Below, one piece after another: positions 7,361 to 7,922 of a stretch of 7,922 bases of DNA. Below the pieces are notes generated by a model. The model was not told the origin of the DNA and ran no database searches. It worked only from the letters and a program-made list of their open reading frames with translations. Within the stretch, counting starts at the first letter, position 1. Every line of letters begins with the position of its first letter. Made by a program: the position numbers and the translations under genes. This DNA is from Octopus sinensis (lineage: Eukaryota). The DNA lies in the NCBI RefSeq assembly GCF_006345805.1, contig NW_021828677.1:1-7922 (forward strand). Direction: 5' to 3'.

Positions 7361-7922
7361 TTTTCTCTCTCTCTCTCTCTTTTCTCTCTTTGTCTCTCAC
7401 TCTCTTTCTCGTTTTCTTTGCTCTTTCTCTCAATCTTTCTTTCTCTATCTCCCTCTTTCTTTCCTATACTTCTCTTTCTTTTCTCACTTTCTCTCTCTTT
7501 CCCCTTTTTCTCTCTCTCTTTCTTTCTCCTCTCTCCGTGTCTCTTTTACTCTCTCTCTTTTCTCTCTTTGTCTCTCACTCTCTTTCTCGTTTTCTTTCCT
7601 CTTTCTCTCAATCTTTCACTCTCTATCTCCCTCTTTCATTTCTTTCCTACTCTTTCTTTTCTCACTTTCTCTCTCTTTCCCCTTTTTCTCTCTCTCTTTC
7701 TTTCTCCTCTCTCCGTGTCACTTTTACTCTCTCTCTCTTTTCTCTCTTTGTCTCTCACTCTCTTTCTCTCCTTCTTTCTCTCTCTATCTCCCTCTTTCAT
7801 TTCTATCCTTCTCTTTCATTTCTCACATTCTCTCTCTTTCCCCTTTTTCTTTCTCTCTTTCTTTCTCCTCTCTCCGTGTCTCTTTTACTCTCTCTCTCAC
7901 TGTTCTCTCTTTGTCTCTCACT
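7361..7922. repeat. CT-rich (polypyrimidine/polypurine) tandem repeat, unit ~178 bp, at least three units, runs off the window
   Basis: Marker tgtctctcact at 7391, 7569, 7749 and 7912 (spacings 178, 180, 163). Marker ccgtgt at 7535, 7713 and 7874 (spacings 178, 161). Confidence 0.9.

Overview
AT-rich, repeat-dense eukaryotic (animal) DNA, not prokaryotic. I recognise the SINE family as typical of octopus/coleoid cephalopod genomes; this is from memory and was not searched. The main feature is mostly missed by the ORF track: a spliced ankyrin-repeat gene on the minus strand with four well-supported GT-AG exons (7317-7160, 5607-5562, 3329-3175, 2211-2175). These join in frame into 132 aa with four ankyrin repeats. 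The 5' end lies beyond the right edge of the window, and the 3' end is ambiguous (read-through stop at 2168-2166, or a weak terminal exon at 789-748). The introns and flanks hold four copies of a tRNA-headed, CORE-like SINE with an internal microsatellite (one on +, three on -), relics of a second SINE, many (TA)n/(CA)n tracts, a ~1.28 kb degenerate (ATC)n array and a ~178-bp-period CT-rich tandem repeat. A decayed LINE reverse-transcriptase fragment sits at the left edge. Most listed ORFs are artefacts of simple repeats. The sequence does not demonstrate a new biological system. The best leads are the frame-symmetric two-exon ankyrin modules and the inverted SINE arrangement around them (editing hairpin, possible stop-free circular RNA), and both are hypotheses.
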